Shown here piece by piece: positions 31,001-40,049 of a DNA stretch of 64,000 nt (its first letter is position 1; every line of letters starts with the position of its first letter). This stretch comes from Patescibacteria group bacterium. GTDB lineage: Bacteria > Patescibacteriota > Patescibacteriia > JAXHNJ01. The notes beneath the pieces were generated by a model. That model ran no database searches, had not been told where the DNA came from, and saw nothing but the letters and a program-made list of their open reading frames with translations. Made by a program: the position numbers and the translations under genes. The DNA is taken from NCBI GenBank assembly GCA_034520665.1, contig JAXHNJ010000002.1, positions 179,166-243,165 of the forward strand, in the 5' to 3' direction.

Positions 31001-34000
31001 TATAAGATAATTTTTCCAAGTATCTCCGCAAATACTTTCATTAGGTTTAAGAGCCTCCTTGTCAGTCTGAAAAATTACTTTGCTTAAACTAGAGTCATAA
31101 TTGCCAAACCAACAGCCGGCTATACTGACCCAGGTGCCAATAGCCCCGTCCTTGGGCGAAAAATCATTAATCACTGGAGAGCAGTGGTTATTAATACAAG
31201 TGCTGCCTGGACAGGATATTTCTGTTCCGTCTTCAGTTATTAGATTTTCACAGTCTTCATCAGTCACACAAATAGTGGGATCATTAATAATGGTAAATTT
31301 TTCTTTTCTACTAACTGCAGAAGCTGTAACAGTTACTTCTGGCTCATCGCTTGGGTAATAAGGTGGAGGTGGGGTAATATAATGGGCTGTAAATGTTTGT
31401 TTTGGGTCAGTACGACCATCACTATTCTTATCATAATTAGTAAAAGTTCCATAGGGATCGTCAATCGGCGGACTAACCATAGGATTCTTTCTATGACTAA
31501 CTTTCCAGGCCCAATCATAAGAATTGGCAATAAGCATTTGACCAGTAGCCGGGTTACATTCATCCGGAGAACCGTAAGCAAAAGCCTCATAATCTTCTGT
31601 ATTGCCCACGGTAATCGTAGGATCTTTAGGAGTTAGATCAGCAGAAGCAATAGAACAGGCTGTTGGGTCATCTTTAGTCTTAAAGGTCCAGGAAAAACTG
31701 TCATCTGTACCGTCTTCGTCAGCGTCATAATTAATATTGGCTAAAGGCTCACTATCACTATCACTTACTATATTATTATTTAATATTACCCGGTAATAGG
31801 TGTCCGGATTTAAATAACTATCCGGGGTTAGAATGGCTTTTTTTTCCGAGGTATTATAGGTAGGGGTAATACTTACTGGACCATCCAAAGTAGTGCTGTC
31901 ACAAGCCGCCGCATCATGCTCTTCTAAAGTTATATTCGTATTATTAATAGTAGAACTATCCATAGCAATATTAAAGTTTGTTTCCGGCACTGTGTTAATA
32001 CAAGCAGTGCCACAATCAGGCCAGTAATTAGTGACAATAGGCACCCCTGGCGGCAGCTCACAAATATTAAAATCAATACTATTAGAGCTGCCAGTATCAT
32101 TAGTCACATATACATTACCGTCAGTAGTTTCATCAGCTGGCGGCTTGGGAGGAACCTGGCTTTGAATCTTTGTGTCAGTCCAATCACCAGCGTTTATTGA
32201 ATCAACATAAGGATATGAGGGGACAGCCTGAAATTCCACGTCTTTGGTGCTGGTACTAGCTCCGTCTTCAAAACGTATTCCTTCTAGAGTTAGATTTGAA
32301 CTCGGATAACATGAACCACTAATAGAAAATAAACAAGGGCCATTGGCTAGATCATTAGTATTATAATAAAATTCAACTCCTTTAGAAGTTAGAGTGCCAT
32401 AAGTGGCATCATCATAAGTAAGATCAACAGTTACTTCAGGCCGGTCTCCACTAGAAAATGTAGCCGGTGAAGTAGTCACTATATGATTTTCTCCGGAAGC
32501 TTCCAAGGATGCTGAAGTAGTGTCAAAATTAACCGCTGTGGGATTAGCAATCAAGCCAGTAGTTTTCTTTAAACACTGGCCATGGATGGTGATACATTCA
32601 CCCGGTCCACCTTTATTTGGGTCTAAACCAGTGATAAAAGGACCGCAGGTGCAATCTTCAGGAGCCGTAACATCAAAATCCCATAATGGTATACCTTCTA
32701 AGAATCCGCCACTAGAATCAATAACTCGGTCTGTTCTAACTGTTATTGAATAATTTGTACCTGGAGTAAGCGGTGTGGCCGGAGTTAACTCAAAAACCTT
32801 GAAATGATTACTGCTTGGAGCTCCCGGATCCGTAATCTCTAAAGTGCCAAAACCAGAAGGAGCGGTCCTAGTATAAGGCGGACTAATAGTATCAGCCGCC
32901 GGCATAATAACTTGATTACCATTTACAGTAAAGCTAACTTCATTAAAATACATGCTGGTATTAAAAGTAACTATTATCTTTGTATCCGGACAAACATTTG
33001 AACCAGTCGGATACCAACTATTAAAACCAGCTACTTTATCATTAGTTTGAAATTCCAAAACTGGCATGGAAACCATAACATTACCACACAAATCCTCAAC
33101 ATCTTGCACTGTTACTCGATACCAGGTAAAAGGCTCAAGATTATTTGGGGCTATTAGGGAAAGATGAAAACCGTTGCTTTTTTCTGAAATTTCTAAGAAA
33201 TTAGCGTCAATATAAGTATCCGCATCAGTGTCTAATTTATCATCAAATTGGGGAGTACCGCCTTGACTATCTATTTTCTGTAATTGTATATTATTGGAAT
33301 TAGGTTGAGGTGGATTAACTGAATCAATAACTGTGCTGGCATCTATATTCTCAGAAAAATTAATATCAATAATCGGCTCACGATTAACATTTGTATCAGG
33401 ATACCCAGTATCTCCAGTATGTATCGGATAGGTAGTAGTTACTTCCGGTGGAGTGGTATCCATTATATTATTAGTTCTAAAACTGCAAACAACTCGATTA
33501 TTAGGAGCATCTGCATTGCAGTTAACTGTCGGTCCGATAAAAGCACTGCCAGCAATATCTAAAGATAAGGTATCTTTATCATTAATTGTTTCCGGTAAAT
33601 AAAGATTATAATCTGTATCAGCCTTAAAAACCATCAAATCACAAGTGTCACTAGCACCACCGCATTCACCGTCATCCATACAGCTTTGAGTGTTGTCGTT
33701 TGAGCAAACTTTTGGGTGCTTAAAAGTAATACTTTTACCAGAAGTGATCCAGGTACCTTCTTTTACTACACCTAAATCGTCTTCAATATATAAAGTACCG
33801 CTTGATACAGCGCCATCAACTGTTGTTTTTTCCACGTTATTATTAAATATTGGCTGAATACGGCTGCACATATAGACTTCACTGCCATCATTAGAAGTTT
33901 GCACTTCATTAAGATGAAAAGATTGGCCAGCAAAAGTACACCCGGGTATGGTAAGATCAAAATCATAACCATCCCCACTAGCATTACATATAAGACAACC

Positions 34001-34429
34001 ATCAGAAGGATGAGGAGTCCCTGTAGTACAACTGATACCACCACCACCTGAAGAATTAGTAACAAAGCCCTCAACAAACAGAACAATAGCCCAGGATAAG
34101 AGTATAATCACGATGCCAATAACTGTGTTGACAATTACTTTCTTAGCTTTGGCGATCTTTTCTTCGTTGCCTTTTGAAGTCATCCAAAGAATACCGCCAT
34201 AGATTAAAAAAGAAACCGCTACTAAGCTGACAATGCCTAATACCCACTTAATAATATTAATAACAATCTCCTTCAAATTCATTGAACTCAAACCAATGGT
34301 GCCACCTATCTCCCCAATACTATATGAAGTCTGAGCTAAGGTTTGGTTATGTAAAATAAAAAACCCTCCCATCGCCAGAATGGTGATTATTAAAAATAAT
34401 ATTTTTTGTTTTCTGTTAAAAAAGCCCAT
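28082..34429 (-). CDS. Giant (2115 aa) surface protein: N-terminal TrbC/VirB2-like CPR pilin, Big_5/IPT-TIG Ig domains, Cys-rich repeats, CBM-like and GspG-like C-terminus
   Basis: IYGGILWMTSKGNEEKIAKAKK pilin motif; FNxxMDxSTIN Ig repeats; many CxxxxDC motifs. Confidence 0.82.
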   Translation of the reverse strand: MGFFNRKQKILFLIITILAMGGFFILHNQTLAQTSYSIGEIGGTIGLSSMNLKEIVINIIKWVLGIVSLVAVSFLIYGGILWMTSKGNEEKIAKAKKVIVNTVIGIVIILLSWAIVLFVEGFVTNSSGGGGISCTTGTPHPSDGCLICNASGDGYDFDLTIPGCTFAGQSFHLNEVQTSNDGSEVYMCSRIQPIFNNNVEKTTVDGAVSSGTLYIEDDLGVVKEGTWITSGKSITFKHPKVCSNDNTQSCMDDGECGGASDTCDLMVFKADTDYNLYLPETINDKDTLSLDIAGSAFIGPTVNCNADAPNNRVVCSFRTNNIMDTTPPEVTTTYPIHTGDTGYPDTNVNREPIIDINFSENIDASTVIDSVNPPQPNSNNIQLQKIDSQGGTPQFDDKLDTDADTYIDANFLEISEKSNGFHLSLIAPNNLEPFTWYRVTVQDVEDLCGNVMVSMPVLEFQTNDKVAGFNSWYPTGSNVCPDTKIIVTFNTSMYFNEVSFTVNGNQVIMPAADTISPPYTRTAPSGFGTLEITDPGAPSSNHFKVFELTPATPLTPGTNYSITVRTDRVIDSSGGFLEGIPLWDFDVTAPEDCTCGPFITGLDPNKGGPGECITIHGQCLKKTTGLIANPTAVNFDTTSASLEASGENHIVTTSPATFSSGDRPEVTVDLTYDDATYGTLTSKGVEFYYNTNDLANGPCLFSISGSCYPSSNLTLEGIRFEDGASTSTKDVEFQAVPSYPYVDSINAGDWTDTKIQSQVPPKPPADETTDGNVYVTNDTGSSNSIDFNICELPPGVPIVTNYWPDCGTACINTVPETNFNIAMDSSTINNTNITLEEHDAAACDSTTLDGPVSITPTYNTSEKKAILTPDSYLNPDTYYRVILNNNIVSDSDSEPLANINYDADEDGTDDSFSWTFKTKDDPTACSIASADLTPKDPTITVGNTEDYEAFAYGSPDECNPATGQMLIANSYDWAWKVSHRKNPMVSPPIDDPYGTFTNYDKNSDGRTDPKQTFTAHYITPPPPYYPSDEPEVTVTASAVSRKEKFTIINDPTICVTDEDCENLITEDGTEISCPGSTCINNHCSPVINDFSPKDGAIGTWVSIAGCWFGNYDSSLSKVIFQTDKEALKPNESICGDTWKNYLILREVPNSKTADLSDDADSGDHPFRVRGGDLASGYSYSIESSDFTTAPYVLTDGYFEVNSTVRPGICALNPNLGKENITDVEIKGKNFGSSRDALPIDEDRVTFHDGVDVTNYVSWANDTMVETTVPLGAETGNIQLFNDGVASNTWPFTVRPPSCDICNNDGDCPVGQGCGDDGCCYDRPSVSSTIPTDGEPNVCLNNLIEVNFDQNMDQSTLNDSNITLTGGVASYTISSYDDRVRINLNDLLKGSTTYTVNLTNDIENTKGVSMVADSFSFTTADTNDPCEIDYIDLNPSHHMFTSKTETRDFTASAYDDNDNSIQSILGVYDWAWHWSMDNKDIATVNNDLKCNGGTYDGDSCVNNDDCPDGICTANPIQTASPVKNGQTWLRSEAQAGTGWTGSKKASAEIEVIFCDMPWEFEEAASNCDINADGCSNDYNFKLFYCRGDYGVCEGTTNTVCTLDYQTSCPTDEECCSDYVGQKCQFSSNILPDLDMSVVRGESGDVLKQYLFKESGRCSEGHQRCSKDPSSPLNCTSGTCEVTDDGIGIRIYANPEALTPQEWYKQNIKDQGSPQSTTVDGYRAVRDGRTVYVGATNYDSGTLYSNIYLISYNKGADSKIKNIYDQLIDYWTFNTNITTAGEKEKIIRDLKRIADLRTITGYLEDYRANQPSSSETNLVNSPGFEDVYTIVSSTDEQVWETPGSFSSEVNVDSSQAHTGNNSVELKGGTYDSSDLAASRRYVLQDVPVTYGKTYKLTAWVKTDDHDDTDDNDDTGDLGFEIHSECLITSIHSFDWTGCDLNSHTDYIYGDNDWTKITNIVYANKADRSIRFIARHRGVVESNDVAWVDDFKIEEIEAPYPMLESGSYISNMSTSIWPSWQASLGNALGKSLPVDPLNEAICPSFPPNTCWDEENKEFLCSSGSSIYAYQTDHGVNYNLYVNLETDNTYWDASTSEFDICDSISSASCDSFDYWVSSP

Positions 34430-34443
34430 GGGGCAAGGCTAAA

Positions 34444-34935
34444 TTATTTATTTTCTTTATTTTTTGAGTCTTCAGTTTCTTGTTGACTCTTTTTTTCTAA
34501 TTCTTCTTTTAATATTTTACTGACTAAATTGCCGTCAGCTTGGTTTTTTACTTTTTTCATGATTATACCCATAACTTTTCCGAAATCTTTAGGCGTCTTA
34601 GCATCGGCTTCTTCAATCATTTCACAAATTATATCACGCAGTTCTTCTTCGGAAAGCTTATCCGGTAAGTACTCTTCTAAAACTGCTAATTGTTCTTTTT
34701 CTTTAGCAGCCAAATCTTCTCTTTTACCTTTTTTAAAGGCCTCTGAAGAGTCTTTATGTTTTTTTGATACTTTCATGACTACATCCAAAACTTTATTATC
34801 ATCAAAATCCTCTCTTTTGGCAATTTCCTCATTTTTTACTTCAGCTTTAAGCAAACGAAGGGTTTCTACAGCCACTTCGTTTTTTCCTTTAAAAGCCTTC
34901 TTATAATCAGCTTCCAATCTTTCTTTTAGGGTCAT
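34444..34935 (-). CDS. GatB/YqeY domain protein
   Basis: REDLAAKEKEQLAVLEEYLP, DFGKVMG, ADG. Confidence 0.92.
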   Translation of the reverse strand: MTLKERLEADYKKAFKGKNEVAVETLRLLKAEVKNEEIAKREDFDDNKVLDVVMKVSKKHKDSSEAFKKGKREDLAAKEKEQLAVLEEYLPDKLSEEELRDIICEMIEEADAKTPKDFGKVMGIIMKKVKNQADGNLVSKILKEELEKKSQQETEDSKNKENK

Positions 34936-35216
34936 TTATTCTTATTCTTTTGATTAATCTCTTTTTTTAGCATTCGTACCACTTTTTTGGGGTCTTTAAC
35001 ATTATCGAGCTTTCCTGTTTTACTTAATTGTTCCTTAGTTTCCCGCATTTCTTTTTTTCGCAAAGCATTTTCTTTAACTTGTCTTTTATTCTCATTGCCT
35101 TGGTAAAAACGGTTCTTTTTAGCCTTCAAAAGCCGTCCGCTTTGCTGTAATTTCTTAGAAAAACGCCTAATTAAGCCTTCCACAGACTCGCTATCCTTTT
35201 TCTTGACTTCAACCAA
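34932..35216 (-). CDS. rpsU: 30S ribosomal protein S21 (CPR-type)
   Basis: VEVKKKDSESVEGLIRRF; upstream of yqeY; GGAGGTG SD before a TTG start. Confidence 0.8.
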   Translation of the reverse strand: MVEVKKKDSESVEGLIRRFSKKLQQSGRLLKAKKNRFYQGNENKRQVKENALRKKEMRETKEQLSKTGKLDNVKDPKKVVRMLKKEINQKNKNK

Positions 35217-35305
35217 GTTATTAACACCTCCTTCTAAAATAAGGTAATTTTTTTAATTAAATAATATGTTTATAATATAACACTTTATCGGGTAATAGGT
35301 CAAAT

Positions 35306-35641
35306 TTAAAATTCCTGTCTTTTTCCGCCTAAAAGATGTATATGTAAATGATTTATTTCCTGGCCAGCATCCAGGCCGTTATTTATAACCAAGCGGTATC
35401 CACTTTTATCAACATTCATTTTTTTAGCCATTTTCTTAGCTGTTAAAAAAAGCTTATCTCCTAAACTGCCTTCTTTTTCTGAAAAATCATTAATATTTTT
35501 TAAATGCTCTTTTGGTAGAATCAAAAGATGGACTGGAGCTTTTGGGTTAATGTCATGAAAAACAATAACCTCTTCATCTTGATATTCTATTTTTGAAGGC
35601 ATTTCTCCGGCAATAATTTTACAAAATAAACAATCATTCAT
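35306..35641 (-). CDS. HIT-family nucleotide-binding protein
   Basis: DCLFCKI, HLHIHLLGG. Confidence 0.95.
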   Translation of the reverse strand: MNDCLFCKIIAGEMPSKIEYQDEEVIVFHDINPKAPVHLLILPKEHLKNINDFSEKEGSLGDKLFLTAKKMAKKMNVDKSGYRLVINNGLDAGQEINHLHIHLLGGKRQEF

Positions 35642-36959
35642 TTTTTTCTTTTTTAATAGTATTAGCTTTATTTTTTTCTAATCTTTTTACCACTTCCTCA
35701 TAAATTTTATCATAATCAACCATTTCCTGAATGCCGTTTTCCATATCACGAATAAGAACTGTATCATCCATAATTTCTTTTTGACCGATAATAAGAGTAA
35801 ATTTAACCTTCTTTTTATCAGCTACTTCCAGCTGAGCTTTAAGTCCGGTTTTGGAAAGACTCTCCGCTACTTTTAAGCCTTTTTTTCGTAAAAATTCAAA
35901 AAGCTTAAGGCATTTTCTTCTGGCCTTTTTGCCTAATTGAGCCACAAAAACATCAATTTCTTTTTTTTGTGGCGGTTTAATTTTATTTTCCTTTAATTCA
36001 ATAATCAGTCTTTCAATGCCGCAAGCAAAGCCAATAGCCGGAGTCTGCCGGCCACCTAAAGACTCAACTAAATTATTATAACGTCCCCCTCCGCCCAAAG
36101 CGGCCCTATTTCCTTTTTCTTCATCCTGGCTCCAAATTTCAAAAGTAGTGCCAGTATAATAATCCAAACCTCTCACTAAGTGCGGGTTTAGGGCGTAAGA
36201 AATTTCTAAATCATCCAGATATTCCAAAACCTGCATAAAATGATTTTTACAATCCTCACAAAGATGGTCAACAATTTGAGGAGCTTCTTTGGCAATTTCC
36301 TGACATTCCTTTTCCTTACAATCTAAAAGACGCAAAGGATTTCTGTTTAAACGTTTGCGGCAACTTTCACACATAGCACTCCGCCGCGGCCGAAAATAAT
36401 CCTTTAATTTTCTTACATATTCATCCCGACATTCTGGGCAGCCAATACTATTAACCTGAATAGTAATATCAAGCCCTAACTCCTTATAAATTGAGTGGGC
36501 TAATAATATTAATTGTGAATCTACTACCGGATGGATTTCTCCCAAGATTTCAAAGCCAAATTGCCAAAACTGGCGGTAACGCCCGGCTTGAGGCCTATCA
36601 TGTCGAAAAAAAGGACCTAAATAATAAAGTTTAATCGGCTGGGGTCTGTTAATCATGCCGTGTTCAATATAAGCCCGGGCAATCGGAGCCGTGCCGTCTG
36701 GTCTTAGAGTAATTTTTTCCCTGTGGCTAGTAAAGGAATACATTTCTTTTTCGACAATATCAGTTTCTTCTCCGATTGAACGAATGAAAAGATCGGTTGC
36801 TTCCATAACTGGAGTATCGATACGTTTGAAACCATAAGTTTCTCCTATCTCTCTAATCGTATCTCTGACCCAGTGCCAATAAGGTTGATTTTCAGGCAAA
36901 ATATCTTTCATGCCTCTTAATAATTTTAATTTTTTGTTGGAGTCATTTTTTTTGCTCAT
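35634..36959 (-). CDS. hisS: Histidine--tRNA ligase
   Basis: RPDGT, RPQAGRYRQF, VRGLDYY, GGGRY. Confidence 0.97.
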   Translation of the reverse strand: MSKKNDSNKKLKLLRGMKDILPENQPYWHWVRDTIREIGETYGFKRIDTPVMEATDLFIRSIGEETDIVEKEMYSFTSHREKITLRPDGTAPIARAYIEHGMINRPQPIKLYYLGPFFRHDRPQAGRYRQFWQFGFEILGEIHPVVDSQLILLAHSIYKELGLDITIQVNSIGCPECRDEYVRKLKDYFRPRRSAMCESCRKRLNRNPLRLLDCKEKECQEIAKEAPQIVDHLCEDCKNHFMQVLEYLDDLEISYALNPHLVRGLDYYTGTTFEIWSQDEEKGNRAALGGGGRYNNLVESLGGRQTPAIGFACGIERLIIELKENKIKPPQKKEIDVFVAQLGKKARRKCLKLFEFLRKKGLKVAESLSKTGLKAQLEVADKKKVKFTLIIGQKEIMDDTVLIRDMENGIQEMVDYDKIYEEVVKRLEKNKANTIKKEKNE

Positions 36960-36964
36960 ATTTT

Positions 36965-37678
36965 TTATAAATTATATTCGGGTGAAATAAAATACTTCAT
37001 TTTATAAAATGGCCAAGCTCTTAGCCAAGCATAACCAACTATTTGATCTTTAATTATCGGGCCAATACTTCTTGAGTCAAGGCTGGAAGAACGATTATCT
37101 CCCAAGACATAATACTCGTTATTTTTTAGCCGGATAGTAATATTGCCTGAAGTTTTAGTATTTTTATCAAGATAATTTTCTTCTAAAATTTTTCCTTTGG
37201 AATCTGAATGGCTATAAACTTCCACTTTTCCTTCCTGAATGACAATTTTTTCACCGGGCAAACCAATAATTCTTTTAATAATATAACCGCCGGCTTTTTC
37301 TTTTTCATTTACCACCACCACATCCCCTCTTTCGGGCTGGGAAAAACGATAAGTTAATTCATTTATAATTAAATATTCATTATCATGAAAATTCGGTTCC
37401 ATAGAGGCCCCGCGCACATAAAAAGGCTGGATTAAAAAATAACGAACCGGAATAATTATAGCTAAGGAAATAACCACTACCTTTAAAACTTCAAAAATAA
37501 AAGAAACAAAAGACTTGGTAAAAGAAGGCAGGAATTCTTCCTTTTTTTGCAACTTAGTCAAACGACGAAAACCCGGCTTAATTTTTACCTTATTTTCTTG
37601 GGCTTCTTTTTCCGCTAAATTTTCTTTGGGTTGTTCTTTTTTTGTTGAATTTTTTTTGGTATTTTTTTTATTCGGCAT
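36965..37678 (-). CDS. lepB: Signal peptidase I
   Basis: GASMEP, IKRIIGLPGE, GDNRSSSLDSR. Confidence 0.95.
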   Translation of the reverse strand: MPNKKNTKKNSTKKEQPKENLAEKEAQENKVKIKPGFRRLTKLQKKEEFLPSFTKSFVSFIFEVLKVVVISLAIIIPVRYFLIQPFYVRGASMEPNFHDNEYLIINELTYRFSQPERGDVVVVNEKEKAGGYIIKRIIGLPGEKIVIQEGKVEVYSHSDSKGKILEENYLDKNTKTSGNITIRLKNNEYYVLGDNRSSSLDSRSIGPIIKDQIVGYAWLRAWPFYKMKYFISPEYNL

Positions 37679-37704
37679 AAAAATTTATATTTCTTTAAAA
37701 AACC

Positions 37705-38107
37705 TGGTGGGCCTAATAGGAGTTAAATCCCTCGATGCTACGCGGGAAAGGTTCTATGACCCTTTTAACTCTTTTAGTTTACTCTACCCTAGTAAAATGA
37801 CAAGTGAATATAAATGATATGGTGGACGATGAAGGACTTGTCACCCTACGGGTGATCCTCCGAAGGAGGAAACCAGAGACTTCTATCGCCCGCCTGCCAA
37901 AGCAGTCATGGTCGCACCTGGACTTGAACCAGGGACTTCTATCGTGTGAGGATAGCGCTCTTACTCCCGTCCCGCAAAGCGGGACGTGGATCCTCGAAGT
38001 TCTAGCGAAATCGAAGATTTCGATAACTTCGGGACAGCTGAGCCCCGTCTCCCGCAGGGAGACGGGATCCCGATTTCCGACAAAGTCGGAACATCGGGAC
38101 TAATCGT
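37705..38107 (-). pseudogene. Mosaic of tRNA(-Val-like) fragments interrupted by palindromic inserts
   Basis: Three tRNA 3' ends (...GGCCCACCA, ...CGTCCACCA, ...GCGACCA), a CAC anticodon arm and a split D-arm, separated by hairpin inserts. Confidence 0.8.
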
Positions 38108-38342
38108 TACATATTTTCTTAATTATTTTTGCGCTTTTCTTTTTTTTCAAAAATCTCTCTCTTTGATAAGCTGATTCTATATTAGGATATTTTTCTAATC
38201 TTACAAGAATGAAAGGCTGACGATGTTTTGTGGACTTGGATAATCCTTTATTATGTTCTGAAAAACGCTTATTAAAATTATTTGTTACCCCAATATAATA
38301 CTTAAAATCTTTTTGGCTTTTTAATATATAAACATAATACAT
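38100..38342 (-). CDS. Small standalone GIY-YIG nuclease (UPF0213/YhbQ-like)
   Basis: YYVYIL...YYIGVT...RFSEHN...RERFLK. Confidence 0.9.
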   Translation of the reverse strand: MYYVYILKSQKDFKYYIGVTNNFNKRFSEHNKGLSKSTKHRQPFILVRLEKYPNIESAYQRERFLKKKKSAKIIKKICND

Positions 38343-38351
38343 ATTTTACTA

Positions 38352-38425
38352 TGGGCGCGATAGGACTTGAACCTATGACCTTACGGATGTGAACCGTACA
38401 CTCTGACCAGCTGAGCTACGCGCCC
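38352..38425 (-). tRNA. tRNA-Val(CAC)
   Basis: GGGCGCGTAGCTCAGCTGG...TACGG TT CAC AT CCGTA...GGTTCAAGTCC...CGCGCCCA. Confidence 0.95.
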
Positions 38426-38467
38426 CTAGTTCATCCTGACGAACAGACATAAAAAGTTTATTCTAAA

Positions 38468-38539
38468 ACAGCTGAGCCCCGTCTCCCGCAGGGAGACGGG
38501 ATCCCGATTTCCGATAAAGTCGGAACATCGGGACTAATC
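38468..38539. repeat. 72-bp direct repeat of 38034-38105 (tRNA D-arm fragment plus double-hairpin insert)
   Basis: One mismatch (gacaaag/gataaag); 434 bp offset. Confidence 0.92.
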
Positions 38540-39226
38540 ATCCACGAAAACGGAAACTAAATACATTTTTAAATCAATCTTTTGGCTAAAATAAACCAAA
38601 GATAGGCAAATTATAGCATAAAAAAAGAGCTAAATCAAATAAAAATTTTGCTTATTATATTTACTTTATTATTTTTTGTCATTTTTTTTAATATACATCA
38701 TCTTTTTATTATAACTGATAAGAATGGCATTAAAAATAGTAAGATACAAATTATTTTATAGCATTAAAACATAAGCGAAAGTTTATAAAGTTTTATTATT
38801 ATTAACCTATAATATTACTTACAATTTATTCAGGCCGTTATATAACCACATGAAATCAAAAAAACAACATAATTCAATATAAAATACTTGATCATCAAGA
38901 TTAACACTATTTGAGCTAGAAGTATAATAAATTATCGTTAAGATTTTCAGAAAATAATATAAAATTTTACTCCCAATTTTTATGAGTTATTATTTTATAA
39001 AAATTTAAATTACTATCCTTTTATAATTACTCTGTAATAAAAATTAATTTTATTTATTATATCATCAGAATTGTCAACACTACTATTTTTACCTACTGGT
39101 AAGAATTCAAAGTTAGCCACATATTTTCATAATTATGAGGGTCACTGTTTTAACTATTGCCTGGATTATATTTTTCTGGTGGTTTATTTTTTCTTTTGTC
39201 TTACGGCCGCCAAAAAGAAAATGTGT

Positions 39227-39925
39227 CTAACGGGAAAACCGAAGCTTAAGCACCAGCCAAAGGCTTTCCAGAATCATTTTAAAATAAAACTTGGACTTTC
39301 CTTTTTCTCTGTCTTTAAAAATTATCGGGATTTCTTTAATGCGAAAGCCTTTTTTAAAAACACGGTAATTCATTTCTATCTGGAAAGCATAATTTGAAGC
39401 GTGTATTTCATGAAAATTAATATTTTCTAAAACTTCTCGCCGGAAACATTTAAAACCACCGGTACAGTCAGAAATAGGCATACCTAGTATTAAGCGAGCG
39501 TAAATACTACCCAGCCGGCTGGTTAATCGGCGCAGCAAACCAATATCATTTTTGCCCCATTTTATAAAACGTGAGCCAATGACTAAATCGGCCTTTTTTA
39601 TTTCTTTTAAAAAGTCAGGGATACGTTTAGGATTATGAGAAAAATCAGCGTCTATTTCAAAAACCGCGCTGGCTCCTTCATCCAAAGCAAACTTAAAGCC
39701 TTCCAAATAAGCGGTGCCTAAACCTAACTTGCCCAAACGATGAATAACATGGATTTTATTATTTTCTTTTTTCAATTTTTCAGCCAGCTTGCCGGTGCCA
39801 TCCGGTGAATTGTCATCAACGACTATTATCTCTAAATCTTCTATTTCTAAAGTAAAAATTTCCTGAATTAATTTTTCTAAATTATCCCTTTCATTAAATG
39901 TGGGAATGATAACAGCTATATTCAT
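39227..39925 (-). CDS. GT2 polyprenol monophosphomannose synthase-like glycosyltransferase
   Basis: IIPTFNE, VDDNSPDGT, DADFSH, DCTGGF. Confidence 0.92.
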   Translation of the reverse strand: MNIAVIIPTFNERDNLEKLIQEIFTLEIEDLEIIVVDDNSPDGTGKLAEKLKKENNKIHVIHRLGKLGLGTAYLEGFKFALDEGASAVFEIDADFSHNPKRIPDFLKEIKKADLVIGSRFIKWGKNDIGLLRRLTSRLGSIYARLILGMPISDCTGGFKCFRREVLENINFHEIHASNYAFQIEMNYRVFKKGFRIKEIPIIFKDREKGKSKFYFKMILESLWLVLKLRFSR

Positions 39926-40049
39926 AACTAATATTAATTATAAGTAATATTTATTATAGCATATAATTATAAAGAAAAATAAGAAAATATGGTTGACTTA
40001 ATTTCTATTTATAATTATAATTTAGCTAAAGAAAGGAGATTTTCATTTC

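Noticed and set aside
37908-38107. Functional intron-containing tRNA-Val
   Set aside because: Removing both inserts restores the D, anticodon and T arms, but the 5' strand (..ACGAT) cannot pair with the 3' strand (TGCGACC). The inserts are also far too short for group I/II introns.
37804-38174. Plus-strand ORFs 37804-38103 and 37986-38174
   Set aside because: They are antisense translations of tRNA fragments and palindromes (e.g. LDLNQGLL).
38545-39220. Replication origin or gene in the AT-rich gap
   Set aside because: No DnaA-box cluster seen. Only a weak 37-aa hydrophobic ORF (39135-39248) without an SD is present.
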